From positions 1 to 46,108 of IMG/VR virus record IMGVR_UViG_3300032374_000005: a DNA stretch of 46,108 bases, one strand, 5' to 3'. Below, in pieces: positions 1 through 8,737 of the stretch (positions are counted from its first letter, which is position 1; each line of letters begins with the position of its first letter). The notes beneath the pieces were generated by a model. The model was not told where the DNA came from. It did not search any database and saw nothing but the letters and a program-made list of their open reading frames with translations. The DNA is from a virus. The position numbers were made by a program, and so were the translations under genes.

Positions 1-127
1 AGTCCGGATCGCCCGCCAGGAGAGCGCATGGCAGGATGCGCGGCGTGGGGGCGAGATAGTCGCCGCAGCCGGTGACAGGCACGCCGCCCGTGCGGGTGAG
101 ATTGATCTCGTAGAAGCGCCCCGAGAG
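1..127. repeat. Left copy of exact 127-bp terminal overlap (identical to 45982..46108)
   Basis: Bases 1-127 (agtccggatcgcccgccagg...gaagcgccccgagag) recur base for base at 45982-46108. The overlap lies inside an ORF and preserves its frame. Confidence 0.95.
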
Positions 128-2713
128 GACATAGAAGTCGACGCTGCCGAGCTCCAGCTCGCAGGTGATCCACTGCGCCAGGTCGCCGGTAGCGAAGCTC
201 ACGGTGTAAGCGCCGTCGACGGCGGTATCCCAGACGAGCGTGCCTCCGAAAAAGATGCGTCCGTCCAGGCGGATACTGCCGCTGCCCTTCACCTTGGCCG
301 TGAGGGTCAGGCGATCGCCCTTGCGCGCGCCAAGCCCGCTGAGCAGGCTGACAGCGGCATTCGACCACTCCCGGTACGCCCCGTCCGCATCGCTGGTGCC
401 AGTGGTGAGATTGGTGGAATAGCGCGAGAGCTGCTTGATCGTGCGCCCGTTGACCATCGGCGCCATCACCGGCGCGCTGAAGGTGCCGCCGCCGCCGTAG
501 AGCCGATGCGCGAAGCCTGCGACGGGCAGCGTCTTCTCGATGCCGCAATCCCGCAGCGTGACCGGGGTGGTGCTGGCGCCGAAGCCCGCGCTCGCCTGTG
601 CCGCGCGCAGCTCCTGCCAGGTGTCGCGGCCCGGAGCGGCCACGCCCATGCAGGCGCACATCGCGGCCTGCCCGACGCGCTGGCCGGCGATGGTCGGGTG
701 AATATAGTCGCCGACATAGCCGGCGCTGCTGCCGGTGCCGCTCGTCAGGGTGTAATAGCGGCTGGCGTAGAGATCGAGATCGTCCAGCCGGGTCAGCGCG
801 TCCCAGTCGCAGACGTGGACGTGACGGTAGGCGCGCTGGGCGGCGAAGAATCGGCCCTTGATCCCAGCGAAATTGGCGTAGCCGCCGTTCGGGTCCGCCG
901 GGACCGCATAGTGCCCCGCCATCTCGGCCTGGATCAGCAGTGGCACATTGCGCGCGTGCGTGGTGGCGATCAGGCGATTGAAGGCGGCGTCATAGGTCGC
1001 CGGGGTGAGATTGCCGGCGTCATTCACCGAACCGGAGTAAATGATGAAGTCTACGTCCGGACGATTGAAGACGGCGTCCACGCCATTGTCCCCGACGACC
1101 GGAATGCCTGCGACCTGGGCACCGCCGGCGAGGCGGCCGGTCCGATGCTGCTGGAGCGCGCTGCCGCCGAAAGTGCCGTCGATCACCTCGATCCCGCGCA
1201 GGCCACGCGAGACGAAAAGGTGCTCCGGATAGGCGTAGCCCGACGCCGGCGGCACGAAGGTGACCTTGTGGACACCGAGCGGCAAGTCGATGACCAGCGT
1301 CTTGCCGTAGGCTTGCGGCCCAGCGCAATCGACCGGGTAGTCGACGCCGTCGATCCGGAGGACGAAGCTGCCACCGTCCGTCTCGGTGGAATAGAGCAGC
1401 TCGAATCGCGACCCGTAAAAGGTCTGGGTGAAGGTGGCCGAGGTGCTGTCGCCACGCAGTCGATGGTAGGCAATGCCGCCAAAAGGCTGCTTCTTCCAGC
1501 CGCTGAAAGCGGTCTCGTAGGAGCCGCCCAGCGACGCCAGGAAGATGTGCTGGAACTGCGCGTCGCCGTAGACCTCCTTGAGCCGCTGGACGAGCAGCTG
1601 ATTTGGAGAGCCGGAGAAGGTCGAGATGGACGTGCCGTCCATCATGATCCGGATCGGCCGCTCGCGCGCTTCGGTCAGGACTTTCTGGCCGAAGGCGAAG
1701 GGGCGCAGCAGGCGCTCCCCGTCACGCCACAGCGCGCGGAAGGTCGCGATCTTGGCTTTCACCGTGTACAGCGCCTGCGCGCCACCCATGGTCTCGTCTG
1801 CCGCGACCAGCACGACACCATCGACTTGCGTGGCGAGCCCGGCGGTCAGATCGGCGCGAGTGACGTAGACCCCGGCGAGATTGGCCTTGTCCTCGACCTG
1901 ATCGGACAGCGCCTGGGCGGACGTGGCGGATACTGCTGAGCGGAGGGCTGCAGCCTCGGATTGAGCGCGCGCCGTCTCCGACCCGGTGCGGGCCGCCTGC
2001 GCCGCCGGCACCGCCGCCAGGATCGTCGCCCCGGCATCCACCACGCCCTTGGCTTCGTCCCCCTGCGCCTTGGCATAATCTCCCTGAGCGCGAGTATAGC
2101 CTTCCGCCACCCCCGCCGCGCCGATCGCATCATCCACCTCCGCGATCTTCCCGGCCGCCAGCTGATTGAGGTCGCTAAGCGCGGCGTCTACCGGGTCGGT
2201 GACATTCGCCGCCTTCCATGCGGCATAGGTCTGCTTTTCGGCTTCCCAGGGGGTGAGGCCGGGAGGGCCGAAGTTATCGACGATGACCGTGGGGCTCGCC
2301 TCGTCCACCCGCGCCATCACGTCGCGGACCTGACCAGAGCCCTGCACGAAGGGCCCGCCGCGCGCGATGATCGCCTTGCCCTTCAGGCCGCCGGGCGATC
2401 GGCCGCCCTCGACCAGAGGATAGGTCTGGTAGCGGACATAGGAGCGCCCGGACAGGTCCTCGGTCAGCAGTCCGGGCAGGAGAAAGGCGGACGCAAGCAC
2501 GGGAGCGTCCTGATCGGGCACCCGGCATTCGATGACCTCGCCGACGATCTCCTCGTCGATCATCTGGTCGCGTCCGTCGAGGAAGCGCATGCGCCAATCC
2601 CTGCCGGTCGGATCGACGTAGCTGCCATCCTTGCGCCGGATCGGCACAATGAGCCGGATGGTCTCGCCGCCGTCCAGTCGGAGCGTGTAATCGCGCGCGA
2701 TGATCGGAGTCAC
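1..2713 (-). CDS. Large tail fibre / depolymerase-like protein with SGNH (GDSL) hydrolase domain, 5' part (codons 1-904 of ~1115). Continues in frame at 45981->45347 across the circular junction.
   Basis: Own minus-strand translation. GTG at 2713 overlaps the stop of the upstream gene (GTGA). The frame is open to base 1 (VTPIIARDYTLRLDGGETIR...). SGNH blocks: IMMDGTSIS (~1620-1650), YSGSVNDAG, GDYIHP. Absent from the ORF track because it has no stop before the left edge. In frame with ORF 45347..46063 through the overlap. Confidence 0.8.
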   Translation of the reverse strand, partial: MTPIIARDYTLRLDGGETIRLIVPIRRKDGSYVDPTGRDWRMRFLDGRDQMIDEEIVGEVIECRVPDQDAPVLASAFLLPGLLTEDLSGRSYVRYQTYPLVEGGRSPGGLKGKAIIARGGPFVQGSGQVRDVMARVDEASPTVIVDNFGPPGLTPWEAEKQTYAAWKAANVTDPVDAALSDLNQLAAGKIAEVDDAIGAAGVAEGYTRAQGDYAKAQGDEAKGVVDAGATILAAVPAAQAARTGSETARAQSEAAALRSAVSATSAQALSDQVEDKANLAGVYVTRADLTAGLATQVDGVVLVAADETMGGAQALYTVKAKIATFRALWRDGERLLRPFAFGQKVLTEARERPIRIMMDGTSISTFSGSPNQLLVQRLKEVYGDAQFQHIFLASLGGSYETAFSGWKKQPFGGIAYHRLRGDSTSATFTQTFYGSRFELLYSTETDGGSFVLRIDGVDYPVDCAGPQAYGKTLVIDLPLGVHKVTFVPPASGYAYPEHLFVSRGLRGIEVIDGTFGGSALQQHRTGRLAGGAQVAGIPVVGDNGVDAVFNRPDVDFIIYSGSVNDAGNLTPATYDAAFNRLIATTHARNVPLLIQAEMAGHYAVPADPNGGYANFAGIKGRFFAAQRAYRHVHVCDWDALTRLDDLDLYASRYYTLTSGTGSSAGYVGDYIHPTIAGQRVGQAAMCACMGVAAPGRDTWQELRAAQASAGFGASTTPVTLRDCGIEKTLPVAGFAHRLYGGGGTFSAPVMAPMVNGRTIKQLSRYSTNLTTGTSDADGAYREWSNAAVSLLSGLGARKGDRLTLTAKVKGSGSIRLDGRIFFGGTLVWDTAVDGAYTVSFATGDLAQWITCELELGSVDFYVLSGRFYEINLTRTGGVPVTGCGDYLAPTPRILPCALLAGDPD

Positions 2714-3222
2714 TTCGCTTCATCCCCCACACGGGCGACGGACGCCCACCATTCCTGCCAACCTTCCGCCTTGGTCACCGCTTCGGCGCAGGCTCGGGCG
2801 TCATCCAACTCGGTCGCGTCACCGGCTCGGTCAGCACCGCTGGCGGCCGTGGCAGCGACGGGCATACCCGGCTTGTCGCCACCGCCGGGATTTGCTGTGG
2901 ACGCGGCGCTCCGCAGGCTGGCAGCGTAACGGTCAGCGTCAGCACGGGCAGCAGCGAGGCGCTTCGTGAGGTCATCCTGTCTCTCCTGAGCGATGGCGGC
3001 GTACCGCTGTTCGGTGTCGCGGGCGTGGGCGAGGTCGTCTGCGCGGGCCTTCTCCGCAGCGGTGCGGTAGCCGGCGACGGTCTGGGCATGCGCCTGCTTC
3101 TCGGCTTCCCATCCGGCACGGGCGGCATCGCGCTGGCGTGTCAGGCTGAGGATGCCGACCGCCAGCAGCAGCGCGGCGGCAAAGCCGATGGCGGCGAGAT
3201 AGGGGCGGAAGGCGGCGGTCAT
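2710..3222 (-). CDS. i-spanin (Rz-like)
   Basis: 170 aa. N-terminal TM helix (LAAIGFAAALLLAVGILSL), then an Ala/Arg/Glu-rich helical region. ATGA overlap with the endolysin stop. Carries an embedded lipoprotein ORF. Confidence 0.75.
   Translation of the reverse strand: MTAAFRPYLAAIGFAAALLLAVGILSLTRQRDAARAGWEAEKQAHAQTVAGYRTAAEKARADDLAHARDTEQRYAAIAQERQDDLTKRLAAARADADRYAASLRSAASTANPGGGDKPGMPVAATAASGADRAGDATELDDARACAEAVTKAEGWQEWWASVARVGDEAK
2775..2975 (-). CDS. o-spanin (Rz1-like), embedded in the i-spanin gene in another frame
   Basis: 66-aa ORF from ATG 2975: MTSRSASLLPVLTLTVTLPAC/GAPRPQQIP... Signal peptide plus lipobox-like LPAC, Pro-rich mature part. It is the C-terminal part of track ORF 2775..3128. 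Confidence 0.65.
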   Translation of the reverse strand: MTSRSASLLPVLTLTVTLPACGAPRPQQIPAVATSRVCPSLPRPPAVLTEPVTRPSWMTPEPAPKR

Positions 3223-3836
3223 CCGATCACCAGCAGGCGAGCGCGGGCGGTCAGCACCATGCGATCGGGCAGGCCATTGGGCTGCCGAGTGCTGTACGGA
3301 TTGCCGAGGTTGATCGCGCGAGACAGCGCGGTCACGTCGTCCTTGTCCGCCCAGCGACTGAGCGCATTGGCGCGCCAGTAATCGCAGGCGGTCGCCACGG
3401 CGATGTCAGGCAGCTCAGCGAGCGCCGGGTCCGTCACCAGGTCGATGCCAAGCCGCTCGCCGACCCGCTGGTAGTTGAAGCGCCCCGTGATCTGGAGCAG
3501 CCCGCGGCCCAGGAAGCGCTTGCCGTCTCCGAGCTGCGTGTTCCCCAGGTCCTTGCGCCCCTCGTACCGCAGCTGCGTCGGGGTGGGCCCCCATACCTCC
3601 CGGAGATAGCGGAAGCCGCCGCTTTCGTGGCCCGTCTGCCCGACGAAGTGGGCGAGCCGCAGCGGCGTGTCGATCAAGCCGGGGAAGTAGCGCGCGGCAC
3701 CGCGGCCCAGGTCGATGAAGCGAGCGTCCGGCTCCTTGCGCACCACGCGCGCGAAAAGCGTGCCGTAGGTGATCGGGCCGGCAATGCCGTCGTCGCGCAC
3801 ACCAAGGCGCCGCTGCATGGCGGGGATGTCGATCAT
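3219..3836 (-). CDS. Endolysin, GH19 (chitinase-like lysozyme) with N-terminal peptidoglycan-binding domain
   Basis: 205 aa. LGVRDDGIAGPITYGTLF resembles a PG_binding_1 motif. GH19-type GQTGHESGGFRYLRE ... GRGLLQITGRFNY. Confidence 0.88.
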   Translation of the reverse strand: MIDIPAMQRRLGVRDDGIAGPITYGTLFARVVRKEPDARFIDLGRGAARYFPGLIDTPLRLAHFVGQTGHESGGFRYLREVWGPTPTQLRYEGRKDLGNTQLGDGKRFLGRGLLQITGRFNYQRVGERLGIDLVTDPALAELPDIAVATACDYWRANALSRWADKDDVTALSRAINLGNPYSTRQPNGLPDRMVLTARARLLVIG

Positions 3837-4225
3837 GGGCGGGGGTCCTTCTCGTCAGGCTTGGGCGGGAAAGCTTCGCGCAAGACTTGCTGGACTTCGG
3901 GCGGGGGCGTCGGGGGCGAGCCTCCACCCAGCTTGCCGAACACCACGTCGAGCCCGGCCTGCGTCTTGGACTGGACCGTCGCCAAGATCAGCGCGCCTGC
4001 GGTGCCGAACAGCAGGCCGGTGCCGAGCGCTTCCCAAAGGTCGCAATGTCGGGTCGCAATCCACACGGCGGTGCACAGCAGCACCACGCCCATGATGATC
4101 AGGTCAGCGATCTTGTCGCGCGGGCCCTTCTCTGTGCGGGTGACGAACACACGCGCCATCATCGCGGCGAACAGGCCAACAATCATTGACCCGGCGGGGA
4201 AGTGGTAGCCGAGCACATCCCACAT
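3833..4225 (-). CDS. Holin-like membrane protein
   Basis: 130 aa from ATG 4225 (track ORF 3833..4600 trimmed). Hydrophobic helices MIVGLFAAMMARVFV, LIIMGVVLLCTAVWI, LLFGTAGALILATV, then a charged Pro-rich tail. ATGA overlap with the endolysin start. Confidence 0.65.
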   Translation of the reverse strand: MWDVLGYHFPAGSMIVGLFAAMMARVFVTRTEKGPRDKIADLIIMGVVLLCTAVWIATRHCDLWEALGTGLLFGTAGALILATVQSKTQAGLDVVFGKLGGGSPPTPPPEVQQVLREAFPPKPDEKDPRP

Positions 4226-4275
4226 GACGGGGACGCTCGCGGCGGTGCCGCTGGCTGCGGCGGCGAGGGTGCGGC

Positions 4276-4806
4276 TCACCGGAAGGCAACGGCGGCAATC
4301 GCCATTCCGAAAGCGAGGCCGATCATGGTGACCGGCTTGCGCAACGCGGGCCAGCGCGACCACATATCGATCGGGATGGGCCGCTTTTTCAGCTGCGTCT
4401 CGATACCCGGCCGCGCCAGCACCGCCATGGCGAAATAGGCGAAGATGCAGAAAATCGAGATGGGGTCGATCCACCGCTTCGCCTGGATCACTGCGGCGAT
4501 TGTCGCGGTGTCGCCCGACGACCAGGCCCATAGGTGCGTCGCCTCCACACCACCGCGCAAGGCAAAGGCCGCACCAGCAAAGGCCAGCATCGTCCGCCAC
4601 AAGGTGAGCGGGTTAAGCGGATGCTCGCACAGGCGGTCGCGCCAGATCAGGCGGAGTTGGAGGCCCAGCATCAGCAAGCCGATCCCGACCGCGGCCGTCA
4701 TCAAGAACAGGTTCCACGCATAAAGCGCGCTGTTGTTGTCGAAGCTGGCGGGGGCAATCGAGGTGAGCGTCGCCTGGACGGCGCGCTCTGCGGGGCTGAT
4801 GACCAT
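4276..4806 (-). CDS. Polytopic membrane protein (possible second holin/antiholin or lysis regulator)
   Basis: 176 aa with 4-5 hydrophobic segments. Lies between the collagen-like fibre gene and the holin-like gene. GGGGAG about 6 nt upstream of the ATG. Confidence 0.6.
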   Translation of the reverse strand: MVISPAERAVQATLTSIAPASFDNNSALYAWNLFLMTAAVGIGLLMLGLQLRLIWRDRLCEHPLNPLTLWRTMLAFAGAAFALRGGVEATHLWAWSSGDTATIAAVIQAKRWIDPISIFCIFAYFAMAVLARPGIETQLKKRPIPIDMWSRWPALRKPVTMIGLAFGMAIAAVAFR

Positions 4807-4894
4807 GGTCAGCTCCCCGGCAGCGCGAGACGCGCGGTATCGAGCCGGTCGCCCGGATGTTGTCGTGCCATTGCTGCCTCCGGATGAAGAGCGG

Positions 4895-5695
4895 CTACCC
4901 GACCGCTTGGTCGAAAGCAGACGTGATGGTGACGGTGCCGCTGGTGACGCGCACCGCGAAGAACCAGCCGGCCGGCAGCGCGATCATGGCGGACTGGCCG
5001 GCGATGGTGGCGAGGGCGAGCCCGACAGAGAGGCCCCCCGTGTTGCTGTTCGCGTACTTGGCGATGGCCGTTCCGGTGGGGGCGCCAGAGGCGGGCGCCA
5101 CCGATGCGGCAGTGGGGCCGACCAGCACGTCCGCCGCGTGCGTCTGCCCGCCGGTAAGGGTCAGATTCGCGGTGGAGGTCAGGTTGATCGTGACCATGGC
5201 GGGCTTGGTCTTGTCGGTCGCCTGATAGGCGGTGCCGGGGGTCAACGTGCGCGCGATAGGGGCGGCGAAGGCGTTGACGCCGGCGGGGCCTTGCGGACCA
5301 GTCGCCCCTGCCGCGCCCTGAGGCCCAGCAGGACCAGCAGCGCCAGTTGCTCCGGTTGCACCGGCGGGGCCCGTCGCGCCTTGCAGGCCCGTGGCGCCCG
5401 TTGTGCCCGTGTCGCCCTTGGCGCCTGGCGCTCCAGCATCGCCTTTCGGGCCTTGAGGCCCTGCTGGTCCCGCATCGCCCTTCTCGCCTTTCAGCGTCGG
5501 GTCCTTGGACGGGTCCGTGACGATCTCGAACTCTAGGCCGCTGGTGTCCCGCGTCAGTCGCCCGCGCGTCAGCATTGCCACCATCGCACCCGCGCCGGTC
5601 GGCTCGACTGCATCAAAACGCGCCCGCATCCGGCCATTCTTCAGGTCGAAAAACGTCAGGTAGAGCCGCCGATAGCTGGAAAGCATGCCCGTCAT
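4895..5695 (-). CDS. Collagen-like repeat tail fibre protein
   Basis: Real start is ATG 5695 (ATGA overlap with the stop of 5692..7638), not the 711-aa track ORF. 266 aa. 23 consecutive G-X-Y triplets ([19 protein letters not shown]...GPQGPAG, ~5279-5488), then a beta-rich C-terminal domain. Confidence 0.85.
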   Translation of the reverse strand: MTGMLSSYRRLYLTFFDLKNGRMRARFDAVEPTGAGAMVAMLTRGRLTRDTSGLEFEIVTDPSKDPTLKGEKGDAGPAGPQGPKGDAGAPGAKGDTGTTGATGLQGATGPAGATGATGAAGPAGPQGAAGATGPQGPAGVNAFAAPIARTLTPGTAYQATDKTKPAMVTINLTSTANLTLTGGQTHAADVLVGPTAASVAPASGAPTGTAIAKYANSNTGGLSVGLALATIAGQSAMIALPAGWFFAVRVTSGTVTITSAFDQAVG

Positions 5696-7638
5696 GGGAT
5701 CGCGGTCCCCTTTCCACCGCCCCATCCCGGAGGCGGCGTTTCGTCGGTCGGCTCGGCGCCGTCGTCTAGCGTCGCCTGCCGGTCGATGTAGATATACCGG
5801 GACGACGCCATGAAGGTCGTAATCCCGCCGTCCGAGACGGGGAGGTACTGGCCGGTCGCGCGCTCGTAGAAGACATTGAACCACAGCCCGCTGCCGAGAC
5901 CGGTCAGCGTTCCGGCCGGCAGCGATACCGCCGTGCTGTCGTCCAACGTGCCGGTCATGGCGGCAATGGTGATGCTGCTTTCGTTGCTGGTCAGCGCATA
6001 ACGAGGCGTGCGCTCCAGGAAGCGGTACACGGCGCGCGAGGGCAGGTAATAGGGGTCCGTCACCGGCGCCTGCTGTTCGGCGACCGCGCCGTCCGAGAAA
6101 AGCGTGGGGGCGGCGTACACGTCCGCGGTCATCTCCCGCAGGGTCAGCGCAATCCGCCACTCCCTCCCCAGAGCGAAGCGCTCGACCCGGAAGGTGACAC
6201 TCTGGCCGCCGAAGCGCCGCGCGGAGGTCCAGACGCCCCAATCGCCTTCCTCGATCTCGGCGAAGCGAGGCCCCAGCACCACCGAAGCGGTCTTTTGGAG
6301 CCGCCCCTGTCGCCGGATGATCTCCGCGATACGCTGCGCCTGGGTGCCGCTGGTGACCAGCCGGAGCGATGGCGTGGCCTCCCGTGGCCCCTTGTCGGCG
6401 AGCACGTCGGCATTGACCCGCCGTACCGGGGCGCCGTGGTCCGCCCATTTCTGGGTCGGCTCGACGTACCGGGCGGCGACCGTGTTCACCCACTCCTTGT
6501 CCGCTTCTCCGCGGAATGGGGAATAGGCCACCTTGGTCCCCGTGACGATATCCGCGTCCGTGAAGAAAAAGGTCGGCGCTTTGGCCTGTCCCGGCTCGAC
6601 CGCGACGGTGCCTTCCGGCTGGATCACGATCCCGCCCATGGCCGCGGCGAAGAGATCGGCGACCGATCCGAAAGTTTCGTCCGCCGCGATCACGCCGCCC
6701 ACCCGATAGCGGCGCTCTGTCTGCCCGTTCAGCGCGGGGACGATCTCGTCGCACAGGTTTGCGGCGGCGAAGATCCGCTCCGGGGGCGCCTCGATCACGG
6801 AAAGGCCGCGGCCGATAAGAAGCTGCGTTGGATCGGTGACGCGATTGCAGGCGTAGATGCCGCGGTCGAAATTGTAGCGTAGAATCTCGGCGTTCTCCGT
6901 CCACTCCCAGGTGGAAGGATTGTCCCACCGGTGGGAGCCGGAACCCCCCGGCACGGTAGAATCCTTTCGGGGATCGTATGCCCGCAAGCCTTTGACGACG
7001 AACAGGAACTGCGGGCGCCCTGAGGTCCAAACCGGCGTCTTACTGTTCGGATCATCGGCCTTGTAGGCGACGACGACGTGGGCCACGCCGCGAAGGCGAT
7101 CGTTCGCGCTCCATCCGCCATAGGTGGTCATCACCGCGGGCGGCGACTGATTTTCGCTGCCGTTGCGCCAGTAGATCTCCAGCTGCCCGTTGTAACCCGA
7201 CACAGGCCCGTCGCCGGTGTACGCGACGTACTTGTCGTTCACATAAAATCCGACCAGCGCGTCACAGAGGTGATCGACAATATCGAGGTCCAACACTTCC
7301 CAGTCGGTGCCGTATTGGCCGCCGTAGTTGAAGGCATCCAGCAGGGTGCCAGCCGACGCAAACGTGCCGATCCCCACCTTCCGCGGCCCCTCTCCTAGCT
7401 GGACGCTCGTCTCTGCCGCCTGGCGCTGCTGATTGGTGCCTGCCTGCTGCCCGGCGAGGAGGAGCGAGTTGACCAGGGAGGCTGCTGCGATGACGGCGCC
7501 CACAGCGGCGAGGGTTGCCGTGGTGGCGCCACCGATGCCGGCGGCTACTGCCAGGCTCGTGCCGCCCGTGACCGGGATTGCCGCAATCGCGACGACCACG
7601 GAGGCGACGGCCAAGATTTTGCCGACCGTCTTGGACAT
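5692..7638 (-). CDS. Tail-tip / host-specificity protein (lambda J or GTA g15 position)
   Basis: 648 aa. Gly/Ala-rich hydrophobic N-terminus, then a large beta-rich body. Last large gene of the tail-tip module. Function assigned by position and general resemblance only. Confidence 0.7.
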   Translation of the reverse strand: MSKTVGKILAVASVVVAIAAIPVTGGTSLAVAAGIGGATTATLAAVGAVIAAASLVNSLLLAGQQAGTNQQRQAAETSVQLGEGPRKVGIGTFASAGTLLDAFNYGGQYGTDWEVLDLDIVDHLCDALVGFYVNDKYVAYTGDGPVSGYNGQLEIYWRNGSENQSPPAVMTTYGGWSANDRLRGVAHVVVAYKADDPNSKTPVWTSGRPQFLFVVKGLRAYDPRKDSTVPGGSGSHRWDNPSTWEWTENAEILRYNFDRGIYACNRVTDPTQLLIGRGLSVIEAPPERIFAAANLCDEIVPALNGQTERRYRVGGVIAADETFGSVADLFAAAMGGIVIQPEGTVAVEPGQAKAPTFFFTDADIVTGTKVAYSPFRGEADKEWVNTVAARYVEPTQKWADHGAPVRRVNADVLADKGPREATPSLRLVTSGTQAQRIAEIIRRQGRLQKTASVVLGPRFAEIEEGDWGVWTSARRFGGQSVTFRVERFALGREWRIALTLREMTADVYAAPTLFSDGAVAEQQAPVTDPYYLPSRAVYRFLERTPRYALTSNESSITIAAMTGTLDDSTAVSLPAGTLTGLGSGLWFNVFYERATGQYLPVSDGGITTFMASSRYIYIDRQATLDDGAEPTDETPPPGWGGGKGTAIP

Positions 7639-7644
7639 GCAGGA

Positions 7645-7672
7645 TTGTCCTCCACAGATCGGCGCTTAAGAT
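7645..7672 (+). promoter_or_regulatory. Candidate sigma70-type promoter for the plus-strand lipoprotein moron
   Basis: TTGTCC (7645-7650), 16-nt spacer, TAAGAT (7667-7672), about 30 nt upstream of ATG 7703. Pattern match only. Confidence 0.3.
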
Positions 7673-7702
7673 GCGCGCCTCGACTCAGAAGGGGGATGCC
7701 GA

Positions 7703-8041
7703 ATGATCTGGCGTGATGTAGCCGCGTTGAGCGCGGCGGTTATTGTCGCGGGCTGCGCGTCTACAAAGGAGGTGCTGGCCGACGCGCCGACCGAAGTGTT
7801 CAAGTCCACAAAGTCTGCGGACGAGGTGTCGTTCTGCCTCGCAGATCGCAACAACACGCCGCCACTACCACGCGATGACGGCGGCCGCGTCATCCTGATC
7901 AAGAACGGCTATGGCGCCGTGTCGCTCGCCTTCACTGTGTACCCGGATGGATCAGGGAGCCGGATCGAGTACCGACGAAAGTTCGGCACTGTTGGCGCCG
8001 CTTGGAAGCGGTGCATCGGGCTGAAAGAGGACAAGGACTAG
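7703..8041 (+). CDS. Lipoprotein (moron, opposite strand to the tail operon). Superinfection-exclusion candidate.
   Basis: 112 aa. MIWRDVAALSAAVIVAGC/AST gives a signal peptide plus lipobox (VAGC). GGGGGA upstream of the ATG. Third-codon G+C visibly lower than in neighbouring genes. Confidence 0.75.
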   Translation: MIWRDVAALSAAVIVAGCASTKEVLADAPTEVFKSTKSADEVSFCLADRNNTPPLPRDDGGRVILIKNGYGAVSLAFTVYPDGSGSRIEYRRKFGTVGAAWKRCIGLKEDKD

Positions 8042-8048
8042 GTCGGCA

Positions 8049-8315
8049 TTATGGCTCCAGCAGCGGGTCGCCTAGCCGAGCGTTGAGGCAGCTTGCTCGA
8101 GATAGCCCATGCCAGACGCGATAGCGGCCCTCGTCCTGGTCTTTCAGGTATGCGTCAGCAACGGCCGTGCTTCGCTCGCACCGCTCCGCGGCCGTCATTC
8201 CAGTACGCTCGGCAATACGATATTCACGCTCAGCGCGCTCCCCTGCCGATTGAGCGCACCCCACCAGAAGCACCGCCGCGACCATCGCCCACCGCATCGA
8301 TTCGCTCCCGGTCAT
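8049..8315 (-). CDS. Small lipoprotein
   Basis: 88 aa (or from internal M7). MRWAMVAAVLLVGC/AQS gives a signal peptide plus lipobox (LVGC). Convergent with 7703..8041. Confidence 0.65.
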   Translation of the reverse strand: MTGSESMRWAMVAAVLLVGCAQSAGERAEREYRIAERTGMTAAERCERSTAVADAYLKDQDEGRYRVWHGLSRASCLNARLGDPLLEP

Positions 8316-8350
8316 CGAGCGCCCCGACTAGCAGTGGCTATCGCAACCGC

Positions 8351-8737
8351 CTAATCCGCCGCCCAGGCGTGCGTCATAGCCGAGCGCGGCTCCCTTTTGG
8401 CGCCCCGCTCACCCGGCCCGACCAGCGTCGCACCCTCCACAATCATCAGCCGCAGCCCGAGCGCCTCGTCCGGCACGCCCGCCACGTCGCCACGCTGGGC
8501 CTGTGCCGGCGGGATCGAACGCAGGCGGGCAGACACCGCCGCTTCCATTCCGCCCAGCCGTTCCAGCACGCGCGCGGCACCGGCGGCAGTGCCCCACCGA
8601 AGCCCGGCGAGCGGTCGCTTGCCCGCCTGCGCCTCCACCACCGCAGCGGCGAAGCGCGCGCAGTCATTGGCCTTCCAGTCGAAGGGCATTGCCGCACGCT
8701 CGGCGATTGCCGCCACCATGGCTTCGTGGTCGCGCAT
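8351..8737 (-). CDS. Tail-associated NlpC/P60-like protein (lambda K / GTA g14 position)
   Basis: 128 aa from ATG 8737 (TGATG overlap with the upstream stop; track ORF 8351..8833 trimmed). FDWKANDCARFAAAVVEA resembles a catalytic-Cys region. Confidence 0.6.
   Translation of the reverse strand: MRDHEAMVAAIAERAAMPFDWKANDCARFAAAVVEAQAGKRPLAGLRWGTAAGAARVLERLGGMEAAVSARLRSIPPAQAQRGDVAGVPDEALGLRLMIVEGATLVGPGERGAKREPRSAMTHAWAAD

Noticed and set aside
1-127. The terminal direct repeat as a biological DTR/LTR or as att sites of an integrated prophage.
   Set aside because: The repeat lies inside a coding sequence and keeps its frame. Its length equals a common assembler k-mer. The Nu1/gpA-type terminase predicts cos ends, not long DTRs. 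Circular-assembly overlap is the simplest explanation.
506-1939. 477-aa plus-strand ORF. Similar long plus-strand ORFs occur at 1961..2929, 6295..6882, 10112..11470, 11741..12946, 13321..14208, 14226..15005, 17961..20159, 20514..21452 and 22457..24022.
   Set aside because: They are Arg/Gly/Ala/Pro-rich, have no recognisable motifs, and are antisense to minus-strand genes with clear phage homology and tight stop/start coupling. These are typical shadow ORFs of high-G+C DNA.
4895-5695. A diversity-generating retroelement or other hypermutation system targeting the fibre genes.
   Set aside because: No reverse transcriptase gene and no template/variable repeat pair were seen anywhere in the genome.
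4895-7030. 711-aa minus-strand ORF.
   Set aside because: Only the last 266 codons (from ATG 5695) look coding. The upstream part is an alternative frame of the tail-tip gene 5692..7638 and reads as Arg/Gly/Pro junk.
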